A DNA stretch of 63,632 nt, counting the filler, from Octopus bimaculoides (Eukaryota): NCBI RefSeq assembly GCF_001194135.2. It is 7 parts of 7 records of this genome, joined end to end, with 100 filler letters (N's around TTAATTAATTAA, not from the genome) between each part and the next. Parts side by side here need not be neighbours in the genome. Positions count along the whole stretch, not along the records: positions 12,638 to 43,873 come from NC_068985.1; 6 more parts are not named here. The stretch is one strand, 5' to 3'. Within the stretch, counting starts at the first letter, position 1. Each line of letters starts with the position of its first letter. The position numbers and the translations under genes are program-made. Positions 24,841 through 37,066 of this stretch are shown piece after piece. The notes under the pieces were generated by a model. It had not been told where the DNA came from. It searched no databases and worked only from the letters and a program-made list of their open reading frames with translations.

Positions 24841-25290
24841 CCTTTCTATTATTGGCACAAGGCCTGAAATTTGGGGGAGGGGATAGTTGATTACATCAAC
24901 CCCAGTGTTTCACTGGAACTTAATTTATCAACCCTGAAAGGATGAAAGGCAAAGTTGACCTCGGTGGAATTTGAACTCAGAATTTAGTGACTGGTGAAAT
25001 ACTGCTAAGCACTTCATCCAGCGGGCTAACGATTCTGCCAGCTCGCTGCCTTAATATTTATTTCTTTATGACCCACAGGGGGCTAAACATAGAGGGGACA
25101 AACAAGGACAGACAAAGGGATTAAGTTGATTACATCGACCCCAGTGCATAACTGTTACTTATTTAATCGACCCCAAAAGATAAAAGGCAAACTCGACGAT
25201 ATTGGAATTTGAACTCAGAGCCTAAAGACAGATGAAATACTGGTAAGCATTTCACCCGGCGTGCTAATGTTTCCACCAGTTCACATCCTT
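24841..25290 (-). mobile_element. SINE family B dimer flanked by one target-site duplication
   Basis: Two tandem reverse monomers; GTGAAATTAATAAT at 24827-24840 and 25295-25308. Confidence 0.8.
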
Positions 25291-25761
25291 AAAGGTGAAA
25301 TTAATAATGTGAACACATTTACACATTTTTTAACATAATATTGTGTATAAATAATTCTCTATGCAAAAGTAAGGGGCCTCATAGCTTAACTAGCATTTGT
25401 CCTAAATCTGGTACTGGTTATAGTATAGTATTACAACATCCTGGTGTTTTACTATACTATCGCAAAAAAACCATGTGTGTGTTTTTGTGTTTGTTCCCTA
25501 CCACTGCTTGACAACCATCCTTAGTTTGTTTATGTCCCTTGTCATTTAGCACTTCAGCAAAAGAGACCAAAAGAATAGGAACTAGGCTTAAAAATAAGTA
25601 CAGTGGGTGGGAATTTGTTTGACTAAACCCTTTAAGGGGTTGTCCCAATGTAGTCTTAACAGCTTGATATTGAAACGCTTGGAATGCTTCTGTTGACAAG
25701 TAGCGACAATTGTATGAAAGATGTATAATAATTTGAAAAATTAAAAATAAAATTTTGCTAT

Positions 25762-26520
25762 CCATGCTGGCATGGGTTGGACAGTTTGACCAGAGCTGGC
25801 ATGGGTTGGACAGTTTGACCAGAGCTGGCAAGCTGACTGGAGAGCTGCATCAGACTTCAGTCTGATTTGGCATGGTTTCTATGACTTGATGCCCTTCCTA
25901 ATGCCAACCACTTTTCAGTGTGTGCTGGGGTGCTTTTATGTAGCACCACATGGATATTTTCATGTGGTGCCACACGGGTGCTTTTACGTGGTGTGGCATG
26001 GGCGCTTTTAGATGGCACTGCATGGGCGCTTTTACGTGACATCACGCTGTCACTTAATCATGGCATCGTACAGGTGCTTTTACAGGACCCCACCATGAGT
26101 TCTTTTCACCACCAAAGGGACCGGTCTTAACACTTCTGCTGCAGAGTACAGCAAGGTGCCAGGAATTTCCATCCTTTGTCATCTCACCTGAAAGGTTCAG
26201 CATCCTAAGGTCGTTCTTCAGTACTTCATCCCATGTCTTCCTGGGTCTCCCATTTCCACATGTTCCATCTACTTTGAGAGATCGGCACTTCTTTATACAG
26301 CTGTCAGCATCCATTCGCATCATATGACCAAACCAGCATAGTCTTCTCTCTTGCACACAGCAACTAATTCCTCTTATGCCTAACGTCTCTTTCAAAACAC
26401 TAGCACTCTGTCAAACTTGTACACTTACACTACACATCCAGTGGAACATACTAGCCTCATTCCTTTCTAACCTTCACATGCCCTCTCATTCAGAACCCCC
26501 ATCTCACTACCATATAGAAT
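25762..26520 (-). mobile_element. 5'-truncated RTE-clade LINE (C-terminal ORF plus 3' UTR)
   Basis: ILYGSE (YGSETW motif), ERRLCWFGHMMRM, GRPRKTWDEVLKNDLR; the 3' UTR has a minisatellite and the tail shared with the window's RTE-tail elements. Confidence 0.9.
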
Positions 26521-26726
26521 TGCTGACCATAATATATATACATCATACAATCTTCCTTTCACTTGGAAACAGTATTCCAGGTGTGCTTCCTGTTGTTGTG
26601 GTTGTTGTTTATTTAGCTTTATGTATACCCTGAAAATGAAGACCTGTGATGAAATTCCTTCCTACCATGACCATCTTGTATTATTTTCAGACACAGTGTG
26701 TTTAGCAATAAAATATTCAGTATAAA

Positions 26727-26990
26727 GGTGCTGGTGTAGCTGTGTGGTAAGAAGTTTGCTTCCCAACAACTTGAATATAGGTTCAGTCTCACAGCATGGC
26801 CTTTGGGCAAGTGCCTTCTACTATAGCTTCAGGCCAACCAAAGCTTTGTGAATGGATTTGGTAGATGGAAACTGAAAGAAGCCTATCATGTTTATAAGTA
26901 TGTGTGTGTGTGTGTATGGCTAATGTCTGTGTTTTCCCCCACTACTGCTTCATAACCAGTTTTTGTAAGTTTACATCCTTGTAACTTACA
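26727..26990 (+). mobile_element. SINE family A, decayed
   Basis: GTAGCTGTGTGGTAAGAAG...GGTTCAGTC...GGAAACTGAAAGAAGCC. Confidence 0.8.
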
Positions 26991-27329
26991 TACACATACA
27001 CAACAAGTTTCCACATAGTTTTCATCCACTCAGTTCACTCACAAAGCATCAATCAGCTCAAATGCTACACAGTGGGATTGAACCCAAAACCATATTGTTG
27101 CAAAGTGAACTTCCTAACCACACAACCAATACTTTATTGTTAGGAAAAATTCATTCGTTAAGGCTTTTCTATGTTTAACTGTTTTGTTTGGAATTCTTTA
27201 TATTTAACTGTATTCACATTGAGAATTTAATATATTGAACTGTTTTCTTCATCAGAATTTTCTTCATTTCACTGTTCTCTTATTGAGAATTTTCTGTTTA
27301 AATATTCTGTTTAGAAGCTTTTTTTTCCT

Positions 27330-27560
27330 TCTTAAGCCCTAGGATCAATGAGGTAGGTTACCCAGTTTCTATAGTGTATATGTCACCAAGATTGCAACAA
27401 GGTTCATTGCAGGGTTCAAGATCAACAGTTTTGAGGGGAGGGAATGAGTCAGTTACATCAATCCCAGTTTTTTTATTTTATTGACCCTGAAGGAATGAAA
27501 GACAAAGTTTTCTTTGAAGTTAAAACAAAGTGCTAAGGATTCTGCCAGCTCACTGCCTTC
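27330..27560 (-). mobile_element. SINE family B, decayed
   Basis: AGTTACATCAATCCCAG...GACCCTGAAGGAATGAAAGACAAAG...GATTCTGCCAGCTCACTGCC. Confidence 0.6.
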
Positions 27561-28349
27561 TTGTTTAGAATTGTCAGTATCTAATCATTTTATGTGAATA
27601 ATTCTCTGTATTTTAACTGCTCTTTTGCTGCAAATTCTTTATATTTAACTGCTGAGAGTTCTTCACCTTTAACATTTCTCTTGTTAAGAATGTTCCATTC
27701 TTAACTGTTTTCTTGTAAAGAATTTACTGCATCTAACTCTTCTCTACAATTAGCTGTTTTCTTTTATGTAATGATCCTTATCTAAGCGTTCTCTGCTTGA
27801 GAATTCTACATAATTAATTGTTATGTTGACATTTCTCTATATTAAAAAATGTTTGCTTGTTTTCCTGTTGAAAATTTGCTGAAGTTAACTATTATTGTTG
27901 AAATATAATCACCCTCTATTCTTGAATTTTCTGATATCCCTACAAAAGCTTGAAGATATCTGAAATTCCTCCAAATTTAGTAGAATTTCTTTGCTATGCA
28001 AAACAGTGTTTGGCTTTATTGAGGCAGTTAATATTGGAAATATTTTGTGGCATTTTGTGCTCCTTAGAATTACACAGAAGAGATGTTTGCAAGTAGAGCC
28101 TAAAAGCTTGCTTCTCAATAAAATTCTAAGTGTGCAATTTTTTTTTAATTCACTTTTGATAACATGGAACAATTTTGGATTTATCTGTCACTTGCAGCAA
28201 TATTTTCCTGTTACATTCGTTGTGAAAGACATCCAAGCACCAAATAAACATAAGATGTATTTTAGTAAAGAAAAATTACAAAATCATTTTCTTACTATTT
28301 CGGAATTATAATGTTTCTGTATTATTTGTCCATGAAGATTATAGACACA

Positions 28350-28515
28350 GACATGAATGTGTCGTTGAGAAGTTTGCTTTGTAACCACATGGTTTTGGGT
28401 TCAGTCCCATAGTGCATTCCCTTGGGTAAGTGCCATCTATTATAACTCCAAGCTGACTGAAGCTTTGTGAATGGATTTAGCTAATAGAAACTGAAAGAAG
28501 TCCATTGTATGTATA
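28350..28515 (+). mobile_element. SINE family A 5' half
   Basis: Head and GAAACTGAAAGAAG body. Confidence 0.75.
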
Positions 28516-29412
28516 TGAATGTGTGTATATGTGTGCATACATGTGTGTGTGAGAATATGCATGTATATCTGAGTGGACATGCACGTGTGTGTGCACATGT
28601 GCATGTTGTGTATGCATGTATGTGTGTGTTCATTTACATTTGTGTTTCTCTAAAAACCACTAAGCTGTAAGGAGTGACATTGTCGGTTTCTTTGACACCT
28701 AATTGTCAGCTGGCTTTGTGCCTTCAAACACAAGTAGAATGAGATCCCTTATTTGTAAAACAGGCAAGGGTTAGCAACAGGAAAAGTTTCTGGTTGTGAA
28801 ATAAATGCCTCTGTATGTTTTTCTAATCTTTGTTACCACAGAAAACAGATGTAAATCAAACATTATCAGATTGACTGACATAGCAACAAAGTCCCTACAT
28901 GCTACATTGGTATACAAGAAATAGCTACCAAATTCCCTTAAATCATATCCTATTATCTGCTATAGCCCCAGGCCAATCAACGCCTTGTGAGTGAATTTGA
29001 TAAAAAGAAACTATGTTGAAGCCAGTCATTATCCATAACCTTGCCATTGCCATGACCTCTATCATCACTACTACAATGATGCTTGGCCACCAATAACACC
29101 ATTTTGGGGTAAACTGCTGCTGTTGCTGCTGTCACACTCACTGGACAAAATAGGGTCACTGTCTGTTCAGCTATCTAAATTGCAGGATCTACATAAATTC
29201 ACATTTCTTAACTGTATTCTTCTGAAGCTTAGCCTTTGTACCTGAAATATACACACCTTTCCTCTTTGATTTCTATGAAGCTCTCATCCATTCCTTTTTG
29301 TTTGTTAGTCAGCAGGTGAGATTTACAGATACTCAACATAAAACATGTGTATGCTTGTACATATGTGTTTATTTTCTGAATATATTCAGTTTTTGCATCT
29401 GATTATATTTAG

Positions 29413-29553
29413 AGGGGCTGTGTGGTAACAATCACATGGTTCTGTGTTTAGTCCCACTGCATGGGCAAGTGTTTTCTACTATAGCCTCAGGCTGACCAAA
29501 GCCTTATGAGTGGAGTTAGTTAACAGAAACTGAAAGAAGCCCATCGTATATAT

Positions 29554-29555
<2 letters not shown>
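29413..29555 (+). mobile_element. SINE family A 5' half
   Basis: GGGGCTGTGTGGTAAC...AGAAACTGAAAGAAGCCCATCG. Confidence 0.8.
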
Positions 29556-29600
<45 letters not shown>

Positions 29601-30015
29601 CACACATACACGCACATGTATATATATGCTTAATCTTTTTGATGCCACTCTACTTTATACTGTTTTCTCTCTCATCCTTTCTCTAATTCCCTTTTTTTTC
29701 CTTTCACTATTTTTTATCTGTTTCTCTCGCTCTCTCCCTCTTTCTCTGTTTCTCTCTCTCGTTGCTCACACATGATCTTCGTCTATCTTTCTCTTCCTCA
29801 CGTGATCACTTTCTTTTCTTTCAGGATTGTCCTAAGGACAGCACGTATCCTATCTCTCTCTTCCATCTGTTCTCTTGTCAAAGAAAATATTTCTCTAGCA
29901 TTCACTATTTTACCCTCATTCTGGTCTAATAACTCTCCATGTTTGTTTTCATTTGGTTTCCTTGTATATCCCCACCGTCTTGTTTTTGTTCCAAACTTTG
30001 ACCCCTCCATAAATC

Positions 30016-30215
30016 CCTAAGACTCATATTGTTGTTCAATAATCGAAATGAGGAGTAGATAGACAACTGACAACTGACGAAGGGTCGTTCTTTATGTTAC
30101 TTGTCCTGCTTTCCATTTGTTTCTCACGTTGTTTGCATCTTCAACTCATTTGTTTTCATATTTCATGTTGTTTACTGTTGGTGACGTCCTGTACCCATAT
30201 ATGCCTGTATATATA
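30016..30215 (+). mobile_element. Short repeat family D, copy 1 (contains CTGACGA core)
   Basis: Homologous to 39170-39410: ATATTGTTGTT...TCGAAAT...CAACTGAYGAAGG..CGTTCTTTATGTT...TTCCATTTGT...GTCCTGT.CCCAT. Confidence 0.75.
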
Positions 30216-30356
30216 TATATATATATATATATNNNNNNNNNNNNNNNNNNNNNNNNNNNNNNNNNNNNNNNNNNNNNNNNNNNNNNNNNNNNNNNNNNNN
30301 NNNNNNNNNNNNNNNNNNNNNNNNNNNNNNNNNNNNNNNNNNNNNNNNNNNNNNNN

Positions 30357-30545
30357 CTTGACAACAGGCGTTGGTGTGTTTATGTCCCCATAACTCACCG
30401 GATATGCAAAAGAGATTGATAGAATAAGTACCAGGCTTAAAAAATAAGTACTGGTGTCAATTCATTCAACTGAAAATTCAAAGTGGTGCCCCAGCATGGC
30501 CACAGTTTTATGACTCAAATAGGTAAAAGATAAAAAATAAAAGAT
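30357..30545 (+). mobile_element. SINE family A 3' half
   Basis: CTTGACAAC...GATAGAATAAGTACCAGGC...CCCCAGCATGGCC. Confidence 0.8.
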
Positions 30546-30559
30546 AAAGTAGGACTACC

Positions 30560-30880
30560 TTAGTCATGAATGACCATGGGAATTCCCCTAGAATGTTACC
30601 CTCCATGGCACAAGTCCAGGTGAGGATGTTTACAGAAGACCAGCAGTTGCCCATGCATACCAGCCTCCATTCTCCATGTCACTAATGTTATCCAAGGGAA
30701 AGGCAAAGGCCAATACAGCTTGGCACTAGGGACAGTGCAACTTATTTCTGAAGCTGAGTGAATTGGAGCAACGTGAACTAAAGTGTCTTGCTCAGAAGCA
30801 CAACACACAGCCTGGTCCTGGAATTGAACTCACTACCTTATGATTGTAAGCTTGATTCTCTAATCACTGAACTATGTGCC
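30560..30880 (-). mobile_element. tRNA-derived SINE family C
   Basis: Reverse head (GAGTTCAATTCC B-box), GAGCAAGACACTT core, AAGGGAAAGGCAAAGGCC segment. Confidence 0.75.
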
Positions 30881-30887
30881 TTCACAT

Positions 30888-30926
<39 letters not shown>

Positions 30927-31603
30927 ATGTGTGTATGAATGTATATTTATGCATATCAACCCTAGTCAAGTTTATCTGCATTACTATCGCAATACACACA
31001 CACACACACACACACATGCATGTATGTGCGTGCATATGTATGTGTGTTTGTGTGTCTTTATATCTGTCCACCACCACAACCATCCCTACTGCTTGACAAC
31101 TGGTGCTAGTTTGTTTTCATTCTTGTAGCTTAACCATTTAGCTGAGAAAGAACAAGAGAATAAGAAGAACAAGAGAAAATAAGTCCTGAAGTCGATTTTT
31201 TTCACTAAAACCATTCGAGGCAATGACCCAGCATGACCACAGTCTAATGGCTGAAACAAAAAATGTACAAAAGATTCTTCATATTTCTGCTATTAATCTT
31301 TTATGTTTATTTTACAAGAATAATGTCCCTCAGTCTATTAATGCTTTAAAACTATTTCACCATAACCCTCTGAGTGTAAACAGAGTGACACGTCAACAAA
31401 GGAGGAAAGGAGCACTCAATACATGGTGCTAAGTATATAGTTTATTAAAACTAAATATCTTTCTCATGACTCAAATTTTACACCAAAATGATTACCAAGC
31501 TGTTCTGGCTTCATATCATCATTACTGTGGCATAAAACTTGAGTCATGAGAAAGGAATTTCTATATAATACATACATACATACATACAGATATGCAAACA
31601 CAT

Positions 31604-31670
<67 letters not shown>

Positions 31671-31694
31671 TACATGTATATACATGTATATACA

Positions 31695-31752
<58 letters not shown>

Positions 31753-32039
31753 CATGCACACACACACAGATACATGTGTGTGTATGTGTGTGCATATGCA
31801 TGCACTTATATTTATATATACACACATACATACCTATATATGTATGTATAGCATAATATATATGTATATAAGTTCAGTCATATTCATATTAGTGATATAT
31901 ATCAGAACAAGCATATCTTTGCTTGGCACAGCCATTCCTACATTTATTTATTCAGTCATGCATACATTTATTCTTTCATCAGATACACTATGATGACATC
32001 TGCAATAATTTACACCCTGTTATGAGTGTATGTGTGTGT

Positions 32040-32078
<39 letters not shown>

Positions 32079-32137
32079 CGTGTGTGTGTGTCTATATACA
32101 CACATATGCATACACATTTACAGATATACTATACATA

Positions 32138-32199
<62 letters not shown>

Positions 32200-32351
32200 G
32201 CACACATACATATATTTATGTATTCATACATACACATATTCATACACCATGCACACAGATAAATTTTAAAATATGTATAGATATAAACATACATGTATAA
32301 TCACATAGAAATATACATATGATCATTTGTAAACTCAAACGTATGTATGTA

Positions 32352-32421
<70 letters not shown>

Positions 32422-33169
32422 TATGTGTGTTTGTGTATGTGTGTTTGTGTATGTGTGTGTGTATAAATTCAGGCATATACATGCATAGTACACACTTACA
32501 GATGCATAGCCACACACATCATTAACTCAAATGCCAGTTTTGTGGAAATCACACCTTGAAGATTTTCTTTTAACTTTCTCAGTCTTCGGGATCCTATCAA
32601 TAGACAATCCATCATGCTTACAACCTTTACTAATTTAATCCTTATTTATTCCATCTGAAGGGCTATAAGATTAGTGTATGTGATAACACATGCCAAAACA
32701 TGTATATATTCAAAACAACATTTTAGATTGATGCAAGCTAGAGCAGACAAAGCATTATATAAATAAATAAATAAAGTAAGAAAGAATTATATAAAATATA
32801 ATGTGATAAGATTACAACTACTACTAATAATAATAAGATGATCATAATAATAATAATAATAATGACAACAACAATAACAATGATGATGATGATGATGATT
32901 TTGTTGGCCAATGAAGCCTAAGATGTTGGCAACATTGTAAAGGCAAAAGATGGGAGAAAACAGCAAGGAACAATGTTTATGTCGAGAAAAATGGGTGAAA
33001 TGAATAATTACTGTAAAATTAAATAAATGATTTAGTTACAATAAATAGCGATAATGTTGTAGAACAACAAAATATCAAGAAATGATCATTGAAAAATGGG
33101 GAAGTCAATGGCATAGATTAATTTAGGGTATTTGAATTAATTTAGGGAACCTGACATACAAACAAGGAT

Positions 33170-33850
33170 TAAACTGCTGTACCAAATGCTAATGTTTTTC
33201 TCCCAGTTTTTGCTGTCAAACCTGCTTTTGCATAGTTAGAATAGGCACCTAATCATGTCTATTTGGCCCCTCACCACCAGCCTTTCATAAAATTTTCTGA
33301 AGGTCAGCACCTCCTCTCTGCTCTCACCTTCCTCTTCAAATAGTATTTCAAGATATTGATGAGGGATTCAGCTGAGAGGAAAAGTTCTGCTTTCATATTG
33401 TCCAGTCATGTCCATCTCAGAATTTCCCCCACCAGAGACTACAGGCAGAAAAGGTTTATCCACTCTTCTTTTACCATCTCACCCTCCAAAAAAGAAGCAT
33501 GTCTATTTTCTCAATAGATTTTGCTACTGGTAATATCAGCTATTCAATGTAACCTCACAAATCTGCAATGTAGTGACACTGAATGGGTCTGGGCCAGATG
33601 GTTTTATTACCCTCTCTTGTTCTCTATGTAGAAACTAAGGCACACACTTCCATATGTCTATTCTAGTCAATGGAAACGACATCAGTCCTAACATCATCCA
33701 GGAATTAAGTGCTGCTTTGAGGCACATAGAGACCCTCTCGATTTTTTTTTTTGTCTAACAAAGGTATGTAACTAAGTACTACCCTTTGAAACATACATCT
33801 TCCTAGTCCTTTTCTTTTCCAAAAGCTAACCAGTGTCTAGAATTTACCCT
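33170..33850 (-). mobile_element. Tx1/L1-like LINE 3' fragment
   Basis: Decayed reading IQCHYIADL*GYIE...LFLSAESLINILKYYLKRKVRAER resembles the Tx1-type C-terminus after the CCHC knuckle. Confidence 0.6.
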
Positions 33851-34334
33851 TTATAAGTGATGCTAGCGAAATTTGTGCACAACAAATAATATTTTCATTT
33901 GTTAATGTTAGAGTGTGTTTTTTTTTTTTTTTTTTGTACTCGCCTCAGAATTGCAATTCTGTCAAAGAGACAAGCTGCTGGAAGACTTGCCTTGTAGTTG
34001 GTGACCATGCTTTCTACAGAGTAGGAAATTTCAGAGAGACCATAGCCTCATCCCATTCCTGCATATCTATTGCAGCCCTGTGGAAATGATGCTGGCAGCA
34101 GATGTAATGCCAAACCAGTGTTATGTGGCCCTTCCACAGGAAGTGAAACAGCAGATACTTCAGCCTGGGTAAATGAAAACTGGAGTAATATGTACAATGG
34201 TCAAACAATAAATAAAAATAATGGTCATGTATGCTTTTGCTACCATTCCCTGATGTTTCAGGGATAGCTTCCTCTCTGTACAAAGTATAATGATGATGCC
34301 TGCTGATATGATAATAACAATTCAAATAATAATA

Positions 34335-34520
34335 ATCCTTTCTACTATAGGCACAAGGTTTGAGATTTCGGGGAAGAGGGCTAGTCAATTACATTAACCC
34401 CAGTGCTCAACTGGTATATACTTTATCAACCTTGAAAGGATGGAAGGCAAAGTAGACCTCGGCAGAATTTGAACTCAGAACATAAAGCTGGACCAAATGC
34501 CACTAAGCATTTTGTCTGAT
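34335..34520 (-). mobile_element. SINE family B
   Basis: GGCACAAGGTTTGAGATTTCGGGG...GGCAAAGTAGACCTCGGCAGAATTTGAACTCAG. Confidence 0.8.
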
Positions 34521-34590
34521 GCAGGAACCCTTTTAAAACGGTTGATGTAAATTTATACTTACAATGTACATGCTCTAAATCGGTTGACGT

Positions 34591-34980
34591 GTGGAGGCAC
34601 AATGGCCCAGTGGTTAGGGCAGCGGACTCGTGGTCATAGGATCGCGGTTTCGATTCCCAGACCGGGCGTTGTGAGTATTTATTGAGTGAAAACACCTAAA
34701 GCTCCACAACGGTCCGGCAGGGGATGGTGGTGAACCCTGCTGTACTCTTTCACCACAACTTTCTCTCACTCTTACTTCCTGTTTCTGTTGTGCCTGTAAT
34801 TCAAAGGGTCAGCCTTGTCACACTGTGTCACGCTGAATATCCCCGAGAACTACGTTGAAGGTACATGTGTCTGTGGAGTGCTCAGCCACTTGCATGTTAA
34901 TTTCACGAGCAGGCTGTTCTGTTGATCGGATCAACTGGAACCCTTGACGTCGTAAGCGACAGAGTGCCAACAACAACAAC
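34591..34980 (+). mobile_element. Full-length tRNA-derived SINE resembling the Octopus OK/OR families, with 14-bp TSD
   Basis: A-box TGGCCCAGTGG, B-box GGTTTCGATTCC, (CAA)n tail; TSD AAATCGGTTGACGT at 34577-34590 and 34981-34994. Confidence 0.9.
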
Positions 34981-35109
34981 AAATCGGTTGACGTAATTAT
35001 ATGCCACCTGATTTAGAACTTGTCACCAACTGGTAGGCCACTTAGATGCTTCATGTAAATATTTACGACTTGATAGGCTGGTATTGCCACTCTGGCTCTG
35101 TCAACTTCA

Positions 35110-36169
35110 TTGTCGCATCCTGTTTTGTCAAATTTACGGTCATCGCACCCTATCATTCTGGCTCCATCAAATTCATCATCGTATCCTGTTTCGTCACGAC
35201 AAGCTACACCAAGTTCCACCACCTCACCAGTTGTTTCTCCTGGTTCAGATGATGACTTGGAGAGTGAGTATTTTCCTAGTTCAGAATCAGATGATTCTGA
35301 TAGCGATGATGATATTCCAGTGAATCAAAGTTACAGGCAAGCAGCAGTGAATGGCCTTGGGCAATAGAATGTTGTGTGGCAAGCGAGAGACAATTTCATC
35401 CGACAACATGGGTTTACTAGTATGCCTAGCATAAAGGCATGAACATGGAAGTTCGCCATTGGAAATCTTCCATGAGATTTTGACAGATGAAATGTTCCAA
35501 TATATAGCAGATGAAATGAAGGACTATGCTGAAAACCATCCTCAGCTTGTCAGACCCAGAAATGATGGTGATTGGTTTCCAGCCACAGAAGACAAAATCA
35601 AAGTTCTGCTGATACTGATAGGCATTGTGAAGAAACTGACCCTGGCATCATATTGGAATTGAGATCTAGTCACATTGACTCCTTTCTTTCGGGAAACGAA
35701 GCCACATGATCGATTTTTGACACTTCTTCGAAATCTACATTTCAGCTCAGGCGAGAACCAGGATGACAGGCTGCACAAAATACATCTTATCATTGATGAA
35801 ATGGCTGAAAATTTCAGAATGGTGTATATCTCCACACAGGACATTTGTACGCACAAGAGTTCATGGAAATTCAAGGAAAGGCTCTGATTCAAACAATACA
35901 ACCCACCCAAACATGCCTACTTTGAAGTGAAGATTTCTAAAATATGCCAGTCAACTGGCAGACCCTCTCCTCCCCACATGATGAATGGACATGACCATTT
36001 TCCACAACTGTTTCCCCCCACTGCCAAGAAGACAAATGCTTCAAAGAGATGCATGGTATGTAAAGCAATAGTGAAACACAAGGAAACTAGATACCATTGT
36101 TCACAATGTGATATACCACTGTGTGTGGTACCCTGTTTTGAACTCTTCTACACTAAAGTCAATTTTTGA
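35110..36169 (+). pseudogene. piggyBac (PGBD4-like) transposase pseudogene lacking most of the DDD core
   Basis: Acidic N-terminus SDDSDSDDD; IFHEILTDEM; SYWN; DRFLTLLRNLHFS; DDRLHKI; FKQYNPPK; C-terminal CRD KRCMVC...RYHCSQCDIPLCVVPCFELFYT; stops and frameshifts. Confidence 0.92.
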
Positions 36170-36624
36170 ATTCAGCTGATTGTAAATACATGAAGTTGAT
36201 CTGACTTGTGCTGTTGTGTGATCTTATTTGGAAATAATACTGTATGAGCATTCTGCACAGAGGTATAGTTTAAGTAAATAAGCAGTACCTGCACTAAAGC
36301 GGTTGACGTAAATATTTGCCTAACATTATCATGCACTGAGTGCTGACCTCAGTTGGCAAGATTACCATTGCGACACACAGGTAACCAAATGAATCACCAC
36401 TGTAAACTGGTTAAGGCGGTGATTAAACTGTAAATTGGTTAAAGCGGTTGATGTACATATACACCGAAACATTGTCTTGTCGTGTGCTAATTGCTGATCT
36501 CAGCCGAGATGTTAACTGTCAATGCAACCTAGTTGCTTGATAAAAATAAACCATTGTCATGGGGTTTACAGTTTTATTAGCTCTCTGTATTAATAACAAC
36601 AACAATAATATTATATAAATAAGT

Positions 36625-36859
36625 TAAGCTGTGAGCTGGCAGAATTACTAGCATGTCAAGCAAAACACTTAGCAATACTTGTCCATCTTTACATTCTATG
36701 TTCAAATTCTGCTGAGGTCAAGTTTGTCTTTCATCCTTTTCAAGGTCAATAGAATAAGTACCAGTTGAGCACTGGGATTGACGTGATTGATTTACCCCCA
36801 CCCAACCACCCACTCACTCTGAAAATGCAGGATTTGTGCTGAAATTTGAAAGCAATATT
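36625..36859 (+). mobile_element. SINE family B (older copy)
   Basis: GTGAGCTGGCAGAATTACTAGCA...GTTCAAATTCTGCTGAGGTC. Confidence 0.8.
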
Positions 36860-37066
36860 CTTTTCTTCTGTAGGCACAAATTTTGTGATGGGTGCCAGTC
36901 GATTAGATTGACCCGAGGACGCAACTGGTACTTAATTTATCGACACAGAAAGGATGAAAGGCAAAGTTGACCTCGGCAGAATTTGAACTCAGAATGTAAA
37001 GACAGACGAAATACTGTTAAGCATTTCGCCCGACGTGCTAACGTTTTTGCCAGCTTGCTGTCTTAC
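36860..37066 (-). mobile_element. SINE family B (younger copy) with 17-bp TSD
   Basis: AATTTGAAAGCAATATT at 36843-36859 and 37067-37083. Confidence 0.88.

Larger units (their letters stand above)
34525..36470 (+). mobile_element. Internally deleted piggyBac transposon (ends approximate)
   Basis: Transposase remnant flanked by repeated YTAAADCGGTTGAYGTA motifs; clean inverted CCC/GGG-TTAA ends not found. Confidence 0.7.
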
